Part shown: piece by piece, positions 28,869 to 38,328 of the stretch
Layout of the letters: every line of letters begins with the position of its first letter
Position numbering within the stretch: the stretch's first letter is position 1
NCBI GenBank assembly: GCA_013911135.1
Contig: JACERO010000070.1
Coordinates: 15,263-79,262, forward strand
Direction of reading: 5' to 3'
DNA: 64,000 nt
Source of the DNA: Nitrosopumilus sp.
GTDB lineage: Archaea > Thermoproteota > Nitrososphaeria > Nitrososphaerales > Nitrosopumilaceae
The notes under the pieces: model-generated
The model's input: the letters and a program-made list of their open reading frames with translations, nothing else
Told to the model about the DNA's origin: nothing
Database searches by the model: none
Made by a program: the position numbers and the translations under genes

Positions 28869-29369
28869 TTATTTTTTTGATTTTTTCTTTGGTGCTTCTT
28901 TAGATGGTTTTTCTTTCTTTGGTGCTTCTTTAGCTGGTTTTTCTTTCTTTGGTGCTTCTTTAGCTGGTTTTTCTACTTTGTCTTCAACTTTCTTGGTTTC
29001 TCGAGTTGCTTCTTCTACTTTGTCTTCAACTGTTTTGACTTCGGCAGATGGCTCTTCTACTTTGTCTTCAACTTTCTTAGTTTCTTTTTCAGGAGTTACT
29101 TCAGATTCTTCTTCGACATATTGAGAAACAAGAACATAACCATCCTCAGTCTTGCTCATTCTAACTCTAATTTTTCTTGGAGGGTTTCTAACTCCCCTTG
29201 CCCAAATTTGATGAGCTACTTCTTCTTCAATTTTAATTTCTTCTACTTTCATGTGATGACGAGCAAATTCTCTAATCATGTTAATTGCTCTAACTGCTCT
29301 ATGTTGTGATTGTGAGAGCTTGACTTTACCTAGATTAATAGTATAGACTCTTTCTAATTCTTGAGACAT
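28869..29369 (-). CDS. rpl31e: 50S ribosomal protein L31e with a charged repetitive C-terminal extension
   Basis: ERVYTINL, RAVRAI..IREF..HM and IWARG.RNPPRKIRVR. Confidence 0.93.
   Translation of the reverse strand: MSQELERVYTINLGKVKLSQSQHRAVRAINMIREFARHHMKVEEIKIEEEVAHQIWARGVRNPPRKIRVRMSKTEDGYVLVSQYVEEESEVTPEKETKKVEDKVEEPSAEVKTVEDKVEEATRETKKVEDKVEKPAKEAPKKEKPAKEAPKKEKPSKEAPKKKSKK
28884..29079. repeat. 30-bp (PAKEAPKKEK, three copies) and 42-bp-period (KVEDKVE, three copies) repeats in the rpl31e tail
   Basis: ggtgcttctttag(a/c)tggtttttct at 28891, 28921 and 28951; ttctactttgtcttcaact at about 28971, 29013 and 29055. Confidence 0.85.
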
Positions 29370-29528
29370 CTATCCTACCTCCACATCAGTTGATCTCCAA
29401 GCTCTACGCTTTGGATTTGTTCTAACAGCTCGTTTTGTTTTGAGAATTATCCAAGCTGGAACTGGTATTGCTTGCCTTGTTTTTTTTAGAAGGCGAATCT
29501 TTCTTGGAGAAGACTTACGTGCAGCCAT
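29370..29528 (-). CDS. rpl39e: 50S ribosomal protein L39e
   Basis: Manual translation MAARKSSPRKIRLLKKTRQAIPVPAWIILKTKRAVRTNPKRRAWRSTDVEVG (52 aa); lies just upstream of rpl31e. Confidence 0.93.
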   Translation of the reverse strand: MAARKSSPRKIRLLKKTRQAIPVPAWIILKTKRAVRTNPKRRAWRSTDVEVG

Positions 29529-29565
29529 AGAATTTCAAGCACGGAGAGCTCTTTTTAAATGAATC

Positions 29566-30114
29566 TCAGGATTTGAGGAGGTTTTGTATTTGTTTTAGGA
29601 TTCTAGCTGAAGCACCCCACACTATTTGGTTTTGATACTCAAAAGTATACATTGCTTGAATTAGATTATGAGATGGATCCAGATCATCTGCCATAGTTTT
29701 CAAAAATGGTTCTAGCGGAATATGAAAAATTTTTTCAACTTCAGAGTTTGCTGCAAGTGTTGGAATATTATCAATAATTGAGATAAAGGGTAAAATCAAA
29801 AAATCAGAATTCAAAGTAACAACAGGTTCTAGTTGACCAATTACCTGTTCTCTAGTAATTGTAAGTCCAATTTCTTCACTAGTTTCACGTAATGCTGTTT
29901 GTAAAAGATCTGAATCATCAACATCTAATTTTCCACCAGGAAATGAAATTTCACCTGCATGAAATTTCATATGTTTAGGTTTTTTAGTCATTACAACAAT
30001 TGGTTCTTTACCATAAATTACTACAAGTACTGATGCTAATCTGTATTCTCCATCAGTTGTTAGCGTAGGGTTGATGGGACTTGAAAATATTGATTTTAAA
30101 TCATCTAAAAGCAT
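29566..30114 (-). CDS. Nudix hydrolase, CoA pyrophosphatase subfamily
   Basis: HAGEISFPGGK...TALRETSEEIG and IVWGASARIL. Confidence 0.88.
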   Translation of the reverse strand: MLLDDLKSIFSSPINPTLTTDGEYRLASVLVVIYGKEPIVVMTKKPKHMKFHAGEISFPGGKLDVDDSDLLQTALRETSEEIGLTITREQVIGQLEPVVTLNSDFLILPFISIIDNIPTLAANSEVEKIFHIPLEPFLKTMADDLDPSHNLIQAMYTFEYQNQIVWGASARILKQIQNLLKS

Positions 30115-30171
30115 CTTGTTTTTTTCCTACTATTTTACAGGGGTTTTGGTATTCAAAGGTTTTAACCAAGG

Positions 30172-30924
30172 ATGGGAAATCACAATATGACAATTAGGTA
30201 TGAAGCTAATCCACCAAAGGTTTTGCCTGATGTGGATACAAACGAATCAATTGCAAAATTTATCAAAAGAATAAAAATTATTTCAAAAAAATGTGATGCA
30301 ATTCATCTTACTGAAAATGTATTAGGATATCAAAGAGTCTCACCAATAGAAGTTGGAAAAATTATTAGAAAAGAAATTCCAGACATGCCAATTACAGTTA
30401 GTCTAAGAGTTAGAGACAAGAGTGAAAAAGAAATTTCAGAGGTTGTAGAGAATTGCATTTCCATAGGATTTTCAGGAATTTTGGTACTAATGGGTGATCC
30501 ATCACAAACTGGAAAACCAGATTCAAATCAGATTCCAAGTGCAACTGTAAAGAGACTAAGAGAGCAAGGTGTTGACTCAAAAATTGATTTGTATCTTTCA
30601 ATGTCAAATAAGCCCAATTTTTCTAAAATTACAAAAAAATTAGAGGCAAAGCCTAAAGGATTCATGACTCAAGTAGTTCAAAATATAGAACAAGCCCAAA
30701 ATCTCTTTGATAATCTAAAAGAATTTTTAGTAATTCCAATTATCCTATTTCCTTCTGCAAAAAATGAAAAATCTGCCAAATTTTTGAATTTAGATTTGGC
30801 ATCATACAGTAAAGACTTTGATGAATTTGTAAAAAAAGTACATACGATTACAGATGATGTGTTGATTACATCTCCCAATGATTTTAATGGTTTGAATGAA
30901 TTTTTAGAAAAATCATTTAGTTAA
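30172..30924 (+). CDS. Methylenetetrahydrofolate reductase-like protein
   Basis: YEANPPK, DAIHLTEN, LRVRDK, ILVLMGDP and GFMTQ motifs; adjacent to metH. Confidence 0.7.
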   Translation: MGNHNMTIRYEANPPKVLPDVDTNESIAKFIKRIKIISKKCDAIHLTENVLGYQRVSPIEVGKIIRKEIPDMPITVSLRVRDKSEKEISEVVENCISIGFSGILVLMGDPSQTGKPDSNQIPSATVKRLREQGVDSKIDLYLSMSNKPNFSKITKKLEAKPKGFMTQVVQNIEQAQNLFDNLKEFLVIPIILFPSAKNEKSAKFLNLDLASYSKDFDEFVKKVHTITDDVLITSPNDFNGLNEFLEKSFS

Positions 30925-33425
30925 AGTACAAAGTATTTTGCTTTTGGATGATGAATAACAATTGCTGCAGTTGACTGTTCAGGAATAATTTGGCCAGATT
31001 CGGTTAATGTCATTCCAGATTTTTCTGGTTGTAATAGTTTCCAAACTAATTGATGTTGTAATACATCAGGACAGCTAGGAAATCCCCAGCTGTATCTTAG
31101 TACACCTTGTTCTAGGTTCAGTTCAGATTTTATTTTTTGATTAATCCATTCTGCCAAGGCTTCTGCTACTTCAACTGCCAACCCATGCAGATAGTAAGCA
31201 TCAGTATACTTGTCTTCTTTATTCCATTGTTCTATTTTTTCTACTACTTTGTTGCCTACAGTTACTGATTGAAATGCAACAATATCGTCTTCACCAAAAT
31301 AATCAGTCAGACAGAGATGTTCTAGTTTTGTAGAGCGTGGAAAATCAAATTCTACATCATCACCTGTAGGATTTTCAACGAGTAATTTTTTATCTTTATT
31401 GTGACATCTAAAGTATCCATAGACAATCTCAGGCTCAAAGAGTTTTTCTCTTATGATTCGAATTTTCCATTGGTTTAACAAATCTTCATGCTCTGCCTCT
31501 GATTCAGATCCTGCTTTTCCCCTAAGACCCCAAGATAGCTTGAACAGTGATTTTTTGTCAATCATCTTCCAAACCTCATCCATCTTAATTTGATCTGCTT
31601 TTAGACGAATTGGTTCTCCAATGCTTTTAGGAGTTGGAGCATTTACTGGTTTAATGTTGCTCTTTGGAAGGTCAGTAGAATCTACTGAAGCCGTAGATTT
31701 TTCTTTCCAGTTTTCAATCTTTTCTTTCCATGTAGCTAAAAGTTTTGGCTTTTCATCTGAAACTAAAATATCCATTGTTTTGAGTCCTTCAAACATTGTA
31801 TTGCAATAAAACACACCAGGTTCGTAGATTCCATCAAGTTTTGCAATTCTGTTAATGTAGTTAGTGTTAATTGCAGCACCACCACAGAGAATTGGTAGTG
31901 TCATTTTATTTTTTCTTGCATGTTCTACAAAAAACTGCATCTGCTTTGAAGTTGAAACCAATAATGCAGACAAACCTATAGCATCAGGATTGACTTCATC
32001 AATTTTATCTAAGAATTTTTGTAATGGAACTTGTTTACCCAAATCATATACAGTATAACCATTATTTTGAAAGATTGTCTTTACTAGATTTTTTCCAATA
32101 TCATGCACATCACCATAAACTGTTCCTAAAACAAGTTTACCTTTACTTGTTCCTTCTTTTTTTAACAAATACTTTTCAAGTTCATCAACTGCTGCTTTCA
32201 TGCATTCAGCTGATTTGAGAACAAATGGTAAGATTAATTCGCCTGCACCAAATTTGTCGCCAACCTCTTTCATTGCAGGAAGTAAATCTTCATTGAGCGT
32301 TCTAATTGCACCATCATGGGTAATTTCTTGAGAAGCATCCAGAGATAAAATTCCATCATTTTCTTTGATTAATTCATTTTTACCTAGCTTTTCTGCAATT
32401 GCAGATACAACATCATTTTGAATTCCATTTTTGAGTCTATTTAAAATTCTAAAATAAGCACGCTTTCCAGGAGGCCAAGAAGGGTCTACATCAACTTTTT
32501 GGACAGAAGTACTACTTTTGGAATCTGCCTTTTCAAAATAGGAGATTAATTCAGACAATGCATTTGGATGAGTGTTAAAAATTAAATCTTCAGTAAGTTT
32601 TCGTTCTTTCTCATCAATCTCCCCATAAGGAATAATCTCTTTAGCATTTACAATAACTGTATCAAGTCCAGACTTTAGTGCACGATATAGAAATACTGAA
32701 TTAATAATTTTTCTTGGGTATGGAGCAAGACCAAAACTAATGTTACTAAGACCCAAAGTAGTAAATGAATTTGGAAATTTTTCTTTAACAAGACGAATTC
32801 CTTCTAGAGTATTTTTTCCTGCATCAAGGAATTCATCTTCACCTGTAGCTAAAGTGAATGTAAGGACATCAAAAATAAACTGTTCAATTTTTAATCCATA
32901 TTTTTTTCCAGTTTCATAAAGAAGTTCAGCAGTATCTACCTTTTGTTGTGGAGTTTTGGCCATACCATTTGGCCCAATGCACAATGCAATAGAAGGTAAT
33001 CCATACTTTGCCATTAATGGAGCTAATTTTTCAAATCTACTACCATCACCTTCAAGATTAATTGAATTAATTATTGGTCTTCCAGGAATTTGCTTTATTG
33101 ATGCTTCAATTACTTCAGGATCAGTTGAATCAAGTACAAGAGGTGCGTCAATTTCTAAGCTTAATCTTTTTACAAGATTTAACATAAACTCTCGTTCATC
33201 AGAACGTTCAGTAGTTGCAACACAGACATCAAGACAATGAGCACCATCTTCAACCTGAACTCTTGCCAAGTCAACTAGACCATCATAATCATCAGCAAGA
33301 ACTAGCTTCTTTGCTTTACGAGAACCTTGTGTGTTAATTCTCTCTCCGATGATTAGAGGAGTTGGAATTTGTTTTAGATCAACTGCTTTTAGTGCAGAAC
33401 TTACTCTAGGAATAGTCAATATCAT
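30921..33425 (-). CDS. metH: B12-dependent methionine synthase (pterin-binding, cap, cobalamin-binding and activation domains)
   Basis: IIGERIN, GLSNISFG, GTVYGDVHDIGKNLV, GLSALL, CGGAA and RYSWGFPSCPD. Confidence 0.95.
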   Translation of the reverse strand: MILTIPRVSSALKAVDLKQIPTPLIIGERINTQGSRKAKKLVLADDYDGLVDLARVQVEDGAHCLDVCVATTERSDEREFMLNLVKRLSLEIDAPLVLDSTDPEVIEASIKQIPGRPIINSINLEGDGSRFEKLAPLMAKYGLPSIALCIGPNGMAKTPQQKVDTAELLYETGKKYGLKIEQFIFDVLTFTLATGEDEFLDAGKNTLEGIRLVKEKFPNSFTTLGLSNISFGLAPYPRKIINSVFLYRALKSGLDTVIVNAKEIIPYGEIDEKERKLTEDLIFNTHPNALSELISYFEKADSKSSTSVQKVDVDPSWPPGKRAYFRILNRLKNGIQNDVVSAIAEKLGKNELIKENDGILSLDASQEITHDGAIRTLNEDLLPAMKEVGDKFGAGELILPFVLKSAECMKAAVDELEKYLLKKEGTSKGKLVLGTVYGDVHDIGKNLVKTIFQNNGYTVYDLGKQVPLQKFLDKIDEVNPDAIGLSALLVSTSKQMQFFVEHARKNKMTLPILCGGAAINTNYINRIAKLDGIYEPGVFYCNTMFEGLKTMDILVSDEKPKLLATWKEKIENWKEKSTASVDSTDLPKSNIKPVNAPTPKSIGEPIRLKADQIKMDEVWKMIDKKSLFKLSWGLRGKAGSESEAEHEDLLNQWKIRIIREKLFEPEIVYGYFRCHNKDKKLLVENPTGDDVEFDFPRSTKLEHLCLTDYFGEDDIVAFQSVTVGNKVVEKIEQWNKEDKYTDAYYLHGLAVEVAEALAEWINQKIKSELNLEQGVLRYSWGFPSCPDVLQHQLVWKLLQPEKSGMTLTESGQIIPEQSTAAIVIHHPKAKYFVL

Positions 33426-33451
33426 AAAATCATCTCAGTTTTTCTAAATAC

Positions 33452-34438
33452 TTAACCCTTGAGAGAATTGGCTTTTTCGTCAATTACTTTTCTTAGTGCT
33501 TTGATGTGTTCAGGATTTGTTCCACAGCAACCTCCAATGATTCGTACTTTTTTGTATTGATCAAGAAAATCACCTAGTGCATTACTCATCTTTTCTGGAG
33601 TCATCTTGTAAACTGCTTGTCCTCCTTGATTTTCAGGCATTCCAGCATTTGGGACTACTAAGAGATTATGTTCATTTTGCTCATCAAGCCATCTTATACT
33701 AGGATTCATCTCAATTGGTCCAGTTGAGCAATTCAATCCAAACACATCAATTCCCATATCAGAAACAGTGGTATATGCAGCTTGGATATTTGTTCCAAGT
33801 AACATCTTTCCATATTGATCCAAAGTAGTATTAGAAATGATGGGGACTTTTTTTCCAGTCTTTTCTATGGCATTGTGACATGCCTCAATGACTAATTTTA
33901 CTTCTAAGATATCTTGACTTGTTTCAATAAGTAACGCATCAACACCTCCAAGAATCAGTCCTTCTGCTTGTAGCTCAAATGCTTCTTGGATTTCATCAAG
34001 GGGTTTTTGTCCCAAATCAGGATCAGTTGAACTAGGAAGAAACCCTGTTGGGCCCATAGAACCAATTACATATCTTAGTGGTTCTGAATATTCTTCACAA
34101 ACTTCAGATGCTAGTTGTGCAATTTTTTTATTAAAATCAACTGTTTGATCACCAAAACCATATTCATCTAGTTTAATTTTATTTGAACCAAAAGAATTTG
34201 TTTCAATACAATCAGCTCCTGCATCCAAATAATTTTTATGAATTTCTTTAATCCATTCTGGATGCGTTACCACTAACCCATCATTAAAACCATCTTGATT
34301 GTTTGGAAAGTCTTCTGGTTTTGGATCATACTTTTGAATCTCAGTTCCCATTGCACCATCAAAAAGTAAAATTCTATTTTGTAATGCATCTAAAAATGAT
34401 TCTTTTTCTGTCAACTTAATTTCAAAATGTTTTGGCAC
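33452..34438 (-). CDS. metH: Homocysteine S-methyltransferase domain (split N-terminal part of MetH)
   Basis: LFDGAMGT, ETNSFG, GSMGPTG, GLNCSTGP, PNAGMP and IGGCCGT. Confidence 0.93.
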   Translation of the reverse strand: MPKHFEIKLTEKESFLDALQNRILLFDGAMGTEIQKYDPKPEDFPNNQDGFNDGLVVTHPEWIKEIHKNYLDAGADCIETNSFGSNKIKLDEYGFGDQTVDFNKKIAQLASEVCEEYSEPLRYVIGSMGPTGFLPSSTDPDLGQKPLDEIQEAFELQAEGLILGGVDALLIETSQDILEVKLVIEACHNAIEKTGKKVPIISNTTLDQYGKMLLGTNIQAAYTTVSDMGIDVFGLNCSTGPIEMNPSIRWLDEQNEHNLLVVPNAGMPENQGGQAVYKMTPEKMSNALGDFLDQYKKVRIIGGCCGTNPEHIKALRKVIDEKANSLKG

Positions 34439-34479
34439 AGTTTAACTCTTTTCAGAAAAATCCACAAACATTGAGGTGA

Positions 34480-35628
34480 TTGATACGTATGTTGAAATTA
34501 GGTAAAAGAGGAATTACATGTACATTTATGCAAAATTTTCAAATAAATAATCGAATTCGTAGTGCAACCTTTTTTCAGCATGCTGGAGTATCCATTGTCT
34601 TTGTATTCATGCCCATTATTGCAAAAGGTGTTACAGATTCTATCCTAGAGATTGGGTTTATTGTAGCCTCATTTAGCTTTGCTCAAATTTTATCTGAAAT
34701 CTATTTTGGCAGACATTCAGACAAGAAGGGAACTAGGCTCAAATTCATCAGAATTGGCTTCATAGGATGTGCTGCAGCCTTTGGATTGCATTATTTTGCA
34801 GATGACATTACCTTGTTATTTCTGGCAAGAATAGGAGCAGGAATTGCAAGTGGGATTATGATTCCTGCAATGATTGCTTATGCATATGAGATTAATGTTG
34901 AGAAAAAGAGAGCAGCAACAATAATTTCATTTCATGCATTAGGATGGCTTGCAGGAATTGCAGCCGCAGGATTTGCAAATGATCTAAAATTAATTTTCTT
35001 AATTAGTGCAGCTTCATTTATAGTTGCTTTAATGTTTACAATCAAGTTACCAAACATATCACAAGAAAAAGAGCTAGAACCAGGAACTACAAAAAAAATT
35101 ATTGTGAAAAACAAGTTTCTGTTCTTGTCATTATTACTAAGACATATTGGTGCAGCAGCTGTATGGACTATTCTTCCATTAATGTTAATAGAAAAATTAG
35201 GTGCAGAACTTTATCAAATATCAATTATCTATGTTGCAAATACATTGACAGCATTTGTTTTGATGAATTTAATGGCAAGTAGAATTAACATCTCAAATAT
35301 AACTAAATTTAAAATTGGAATTGGTTGTACTGTATTTGTATTTGTAGGACTAGCAGTAATTACAGATTGGTGGATGGCAATGCCGTTTATGGCATTAGTT
35401 GGTGCAACTTGGGCATTTTTGTTTATTGGAGGAAACTTTCATCTAATGGAGAACAATCCACGTTCCACATCAACTGGAATCTTTAGCTCTACACTATCAA
35501 TTGCAACAGTGATTGGCCCTATAATTGCAGGAAGTATTGCATTTGCATTTGACTATATTGCAGTCATGTATTTTGCAATTGTAATTATTGTTTGTGGATT
35601 TGTAGTATCACTAAAGGTAAGAAAATAA
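34480..35628 (+). CDS. MFS transporter (probable start about 34525)
   Basis: About 12 hydrophobic helices; FGRHSDKKG motif-A-like segment. Confidence 0.85.
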   Translation: MIRMLKLGKRGITCTFMQNFQINNRIRSATFFQHAGVSIVFVFMPIIAKGVTDSILEIGFIVASFSFAQILSEIYFGRHSDKKGTRLKFIRIGFIGCAAAFGLHYFADDITLLFLARIGAGIASGIMIPAMIAYAYEINVEKKRAATIISFHALGWLAGIAAAGFANDLKLIFLISAASFIVALMFTIKLPNISQEKELEPGTTKKIIVKNKFLFLSLLLRHIGAAAVWTILPLMLIEKLGAELYQISIIYVANTLTAFVLMNLMASRINISNITKFKIGIGCTVFVFVGLAVITDWWMAMPFMALVGATWAFLFIGGNFHLMENNPRSTSTGIFSSTLSIATVIGPIIAGSIAFAFDYIAVMYFAIVIIVCGFVVSLKVRK

Positions 35629-35643
35629 AAGAAAAAAAGGAAA

Positions 35644-36411
35644 TTATCGCAATCCCCATCTTGACATTACTTTGTTTTCTAGTTTTTTGAATACAACACT
35701 ATCAATTACAAGACCAATTACCATTATCACAATCATTATTGAAATGACTTGTGAGACATCATTTAGGGAACGCCCTGCATTAAGTAAGAATCCTAATCCT
35801 AGGAATGAAAATAGCAGTTCAGCACCAATTACGCCTCTCCATGCAAATGCCCAGCCTTGTTTGAAGCCTGAAATCATGTATGGAAATGCTGCAGGTATCA
35901 ATACAGCTGTAATTAGCTGACTTCCCTTTGCACCCATATTTCTTGCAGCCTCAATATAATGAGGATCAATGTTTTTGACTCCAGTGTAGGTGTTTATTGT
36001 AACTGCAAAGATTGCCCCAATGGCAGTAACAAAAATTATTCCACCATCTGTTAGTCCAAACCAAAGAATTGCAAGTGGAACCCATGCAATAGAAGGAATT
36101 GATTGCAATCCTAAAACTAAAGAGCCAACAGTTTGGTTGATAACTTCAACTCTTGCCATGAAAATTCCTAAGATAACTCCTCCACTAATTGCAATTGTCA
36201 ATCCAATTGCTAATCTCCACATACTTGTTGCAATTCCATAAAACAGGCTACCATCGGCTGCACTATATGCCAAGTCTTCAGCTACTTCATAGGGAGATGG
36301 AAAGATATTATCAGGCCAAACTCCAGCCATTGAAATAATTTGCCAAATTACAATGATTCCAATGTAAAATGCAATTCTATGTGGTGTGAAATTTTTTCCC
36401 ATTATAATCAC
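35644..36411 (-). CDS. ABC transporter permease (nitrate/sulfonate/taurine family)
   Basis: FPSP, LQSIPSIAWVPL and EAARNMGA (EAA motif). Confidence 0.9.
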   Translation of the reverse strand: MIIMGKNFTPHRIAFYIGIIVIWQIISMAGVWPDNIFPSPYEVAEDLAYSAADGSLFYGIATSMWRLAIGLTIAISGGVILGIFMARVEVINQTVGSLVLGLQSIPSIAWVPLAILWFGLTDGGIIFVTAIGAIFAVTINTYTGVKNIDPHYIEAARNMGAKGSQLITAVLIPAAFPYMISGFKQGWAFAWRGVIGAELLFSFLGLGFLLNAGRSLNDVSQVISIMIVIMVIGLVIDSVVFKKLENKVMSRWGLR

Positions 36412-37172
36412 TGTTTATTTTTCTTTACCTCAGGTCTAAGTTCTGCTAAGATATCTTGTTGTAGTTTTAGTAATGATTCATCTTCAGTAACTCTAGGTCG
36501 TGGAAAATTATTTTCAAATTCTTTTTTGATAGTTGATGGACGATTACTAAAAACAGCTATTTTATTTCCAAGAACTGTAGCTTCTGAAACGTTATGAGTT
36601 ACAAACAAAATTGTTTTCTTTGTCTTTTCCCAAATTAACTGCATCTCAACTAACAGTAAATCACGAGTTTGTGCATCAAGTGCTGCAAATGGTTCATCCA
36701 TCAATAATACATCAGGATCCATTACAAGTGCTCTAGCAATAGCTACACGCTGTTTCATTCCAGTTGAAAGTTGGTAAGTGTAAGAATTTGCAAATTTTGT
36801 TAGTTGCATCATATCCAAATATCTATTAGATATCTTTGCTCTCTCTTCCTTTGGAATTCCTGCCATCTTTAATCCAAATTCGACATTATCTTGAACTGTG
36901 AGCCACGGAAATAGTGCACCTTCCTGAAATACCATAATTCTCTCGGGTCCAGTCTCAGTAACGGGATGCCCGTCAAAGATAATTTCTCCAGCATCTGGTT
37001 TCTCCAAGCCTGCAATTATGCGTAAAAATGTTGATTTCCCACAACCAGATGGGCCAACCAAACAAACAAAATCACCAGCCTCAACTTTTAGGTTAATGCC
37101 ACCAAGTGCTTCAAGTTTATGAGATTCATGGCTAAAGTACTTTACAATATTTTTTGCCTCTAACTTTGTCAT
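36408..37172 (-). CDS. ABC transporter ATP-binding protein (nitrate/sulfonate family)
   Basis: GPSGCGKST, LSTGMKQR and LLMDEPFAALD. Confidence 0.92.
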   Translation of the reverse strand: MTKLEAKNIVKYFSHESHKLEALGGINLKVEAGDFVCLVGPSGCGKSTFLRIIAGLEKPDAGEIIFDGHPVTETGPERIMVFQEGALFPWLTVQDNVEFGLKMAGIPKEERAKISNRYLDMMQLTKFANSYTYQLSTGMKQRVAIARALVMDPDVLLMDEPFAALDAQTRDLLLVEMQLIWEKTKKTILFVTHNVSEATVLGNKIAVFSNRPSTIKKEFENNFPRPRVTEDESLLKLQQDILAELRPEVKKNKQ

Positions 37173-37198
37173 CTACAATTCTTCCTCCTCTAAGGAAT

Positions 37199-38194
37199 TT
37201 ATATCAAATAGGGAAAAATTCCAGACAGATCGTATCCATTTCTTCCCAAATATCCTAGTGCATCAGCTCTTTCAGCAAAGGAAAAAACAGAATTGGGTAA
37301 TGGATCTGCAGTAATTACAATATTGGATAATGCAATATCTACAACATCATCAGACAAGGACTGTCCTAAATAAGAATTTAAAAAATCATTAAAGACAATT
37401 CTAGTTTCAACAGGATGTTCAACAATCCAGATAGTTGTTTCGTAATGAGAAGTTAAAAAAGGAATCATAAATTTTTTATTATTTTCAAAATAATTTATAT
37501 TTCCAATTAAAAGAACAGATGCAAATTCATTGTTTGGCCATAGTTCTTCTTCATGAAATAATCGTTTTCCACCAAGTTCAGTTTCTAAAATTGTAGCCCA
37601 AGGTTCTGCAACCCATGCACCATCAATATCTCCTTTTACAAATAGTGTATAGATATCAGGATTTGAAATATTGTAAACAATTACAGAACCGCCTTTTTCT
37701 GCTGGCTTTAATTCATTTTCAGAAAGATAATGACGTAATGATATATCTTGTGTGTTGCCAATTTGGGGAGTCGCAATTTTTTTTCCTGCAAAGTCTGAGG
37801 CAGAATTTATTTCAGAGTTGGGATGAACAATAAAGCTAGCACCTCCACTTGCAGCTCCTGCAAGAATCTTTATGTTATGATTCTCTGAATTCAAATATCC
37901 ATTAATTGCAGGGCCTGGTCCAACATATGCAACATCAATAGAATTGGCAAACAAAGCTTCTATTGCTTGCGGTCCACTATCAAAAACTCTGGTTTCAATT
38001 TTTACTTGATCTCCAATGCTTTCTTCAAAGAATCCCTTTTCTATTCCTACAATTGGAATGACATGACCAATGTTTGGAAAATATCCAATGCGAATCTTAT
38101 TTTCATGCGTAGTATCACTAGAAAGAGTAATTCCCAATACAGATAACAATACAATTCCTACAATGCCTGCAGAAATTGCTGATCGAGTTTTCAT
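37199..38194 (-). CDS. ABC substrate-binding protein (SsuA/aliphatic sulfonate-like)
   Basis: IRIGYFPNIGH, FDSGP, YVGPGP, GNTQD and WVAEPW. Confidence 0.85.
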   Translation of the reverse strand: MKTRSAISAGIVGIVLLSVLGITLSSDTTHENKIRIGYFPNIGHVIPIVGIEKGFFEESIGDQVKIETRVFDSGPQAIEALFANSIDVAYVGPGPAINGYLNSENHNIKILAGAASGGASFIVHPNSEINSASDFAGKKIATPQIGNTQDISLRHYLSENELKPAEKGGSVIVYNISNPDIYTLFVKGDIDGAWVAEPWATILETELGGKRLFHEEELWPNNEFASVLLIGNINYFENNKKFMIPFLTSHYETTIWIVEHPVETRIVFNDFLNSYLGQSLSDDVVDIALSNIVITADPLPNSVFSFAERADALGYLGRNGYDLSGIFPYLI

Positions 38195-38328
38195 AAAACA
38201 GCGTTATATTTGGCGGTTAAATAATCATCGAATTTTATCTCAAGCTAGGCTGAAATTTTTTTTTCAAAAAATTAAATTGCAGCCTAACACAAAAGATAAA
38301 TTCCAAATTAAGACGAGAAAGATGTTTC

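Noticed and set aside
33426-33451. Frameshift splitting metH
   Set aside because: Both parts have clean start and stop codons at a domain boundary, so this is a natural split.
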